Assembly: GCA_951406725.2 (NCBI GenBank)
Contig: OX597827.1
Location: 49,910,001-49,974,000, forward strand
Source of the DNA: Octopus vulgaris
Taxonomy: Eukaryota
Reading direction: 5' to 3'
DNA: 64,000 nucleotides
The notes below the pieces were generated by a model. The model did not search any database, had not been told where the DNA came from, and worked only from the letters and a program-made list of their open reading frames with translations. The position numbers and the translations under genes are program-made. Of this stretch, positions 62,267 to 64,000 are shown in pieces; within the stretch, counting starts at the first letter, position 1; each line of letters opens with the position of its first letter.

Positions 62267-63339
62267 TTTGTAGTGATCCTATATAACGGTGCGCGCTCGC
62301 GCACCGTCCATTTCTGTTTCGCGCGTGCGAGTTGGTGCTTTCACCACCGGAAGAAGGACCATTTGCCTACGTGGCAGTTTAGCCGCGAGGCAAGGGGATC
62401 GTAGGACGTTGACCACCAGCGTCCAGTAGGCGGTGACTTGAGACACGGCGACCGAAGGCATCAGATGTGTAATATTCTCTCTCTGTCCGGATTTGATAGC
62501 AGCAGTCAGCCTTTCATAGAAGAAGACGCGTATTATCTTCGTTTCCCCTGACATTTGTTGCCGACCACATCATCTTCTCCCTAATCGGACGCCATCTTGA
62601 CCAGTGTCGTTTGCATTTGAACACTGTAAATTCTACAGCGATAAAGTTCAGCTCTGACACATACATACCAAAGGGATACCAGATACACCACTTATTTGTT
62701 ACTGTCATAAGAGAATAAAGTAGATATATATTTTTTACGTCTGCGTCTTGTTGTTTCTGACTGGTAGAATCTGGATATTAAAGCAACGGAAAGTGATTGC
62801 ACCAACTTGCACCCCAAAAGTGCAGAGAAGATATTCACTGCCGTTTCAAATTTCAGTCGTTTCATATAGCAAAAAGTGGAGTTTTGTCTCACTTTTTCGT
62901 AGCAGTTAAATAGATCATTATTCATTCATAACTCAAGAGAAATGAGTTTTGTAGTTACGGTTTCTTCTATAACTACAGCTAGAAAGAAATTGTTTACCCG
63001 TTGAGCTGTTGTTTCTGTTGATTCTGCTCATCGATTGTGTTGTTGTTGTTGATGTTATGTCCAGCCATGTTGCTTGTAGTAACTCTCTGCATGCTAAATT
63101 CAAGTTTCAGTTGAAAATCACTACGATCGTGAATAAAAGGCTCCCTCGGTTAATTCATCTGAAGATTAACCAGTTATTTAAACAAGGCTACTAGTTGTGG
63201 CCCCAAAGTTGAAAATTGTATTCATCGTATTTTCGATAGTCTCCCACACCAAATATGCGACTCGTCACTTCGAGTATGTATGTATGTATGTATGTATGTA
63301 GGTTGGTATGTAAATATGTAGGTAGGTAGGTAGATAGAT

Positions 63340-63432
<93 letters not shown>

Positions 63433-63467
63433 TTATTTTAGCAGCTAGGAGAACTATAATTAAATTT

Positions 63468-63700
63468 GGATCTTTTCAATTTCAGTCACAGATTTTTTAA
63501 TTAACTTTTTTTAACTAAACAGTTTGAAACTTCGGATACTGGTTGAATATGTCGGGCAGAACATGATTTACTCTTAACGTTTTTGACAAAATTTTGTATT
63601 TTAGAAGTTATTTCGTGTTAAAGATGTCGCATTTGTGTAATTTTAACCAATCAATTACATATATTCAGCTGAAGAAAGTTACTCCTGTTTGCGAAAGTAA
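63468..63700 (+). mobile_element. Diverged relative of the GGATC-TIR MITE
   Basis: ggatcttttcaattt...aaacttcggatactggttgaatatg...taaccaatcaat resembles 27569-27780. Confidence 0.5.
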
Positions 63701-63785
63701 CGGAAGCGCAACAACATTCGGGTTATCGGGTCATGTTTTGGACGCTGCATACATATATGTACGTAAATACACAAACACATGTATA

Positions 63786-63823
<38 letters not shown>

Positions 63824-63957
63824 CACACACACATACACACACACACATACCATTACATACACACATGCAACTTTTAGAACGCTGAGGAAAGGAAAGGGAG
63901 GTGGGTATTAAGGAGGGAGGGGTATTGTGAAGTTGACGACAGTTGTTCATTCAGTCC

Positions 63958-63998
<41 letters not shown>

Positions 63999-64000
63999 AT

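Overview
This is AT-rich, microsatellite-saturated eukaryotic DNA. The SINE families and an intron-containing tRNA-Lys(UUU) suggest an octopus or other coleoid cephalopod (inference, not verified). Almost all of the window is transposon debris: RTE, CR1, Tx1/L1, R4/Dong and CRE LINE fragments, several Penelope-like elements (PLEs), two Gypsy remnants, Tc1/mariner, piggyBac and hAT DNA transposons, MITEs, and four abundant SINE families (called A-D here). The only credible host coding sequence is one exon (51379-51598, +) encoding a signal peptide, an acidic tract and the first part of an IGFBP-type domain. Most ORFs in the track are translated microsatellites. The strongest signals are at the RNA level: (i) an unspliced pre-tRNA-Lys(UUU) with trailer and terminator fused to a SINE and inserted as one unit into a hAT transposase; (ii) dispersed minimal hammerhead-ribozyme motifs, some with non-canonical cores; (iii) a degenerate HDV-like ribozyme fold; (iv) an 11-unit tandem array of a putative H-type pseudoknot plus hairpin; (v) an intact G_GGA_AAC -1 frameshift site in a CsRn1-like Gypsy; (vi) LINE-SINE shared 3' tails, including a Tx1-like end inserted in (ATT)n. 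All alignments and folds were done by eye, and boundaries of degraded elements are approximate.
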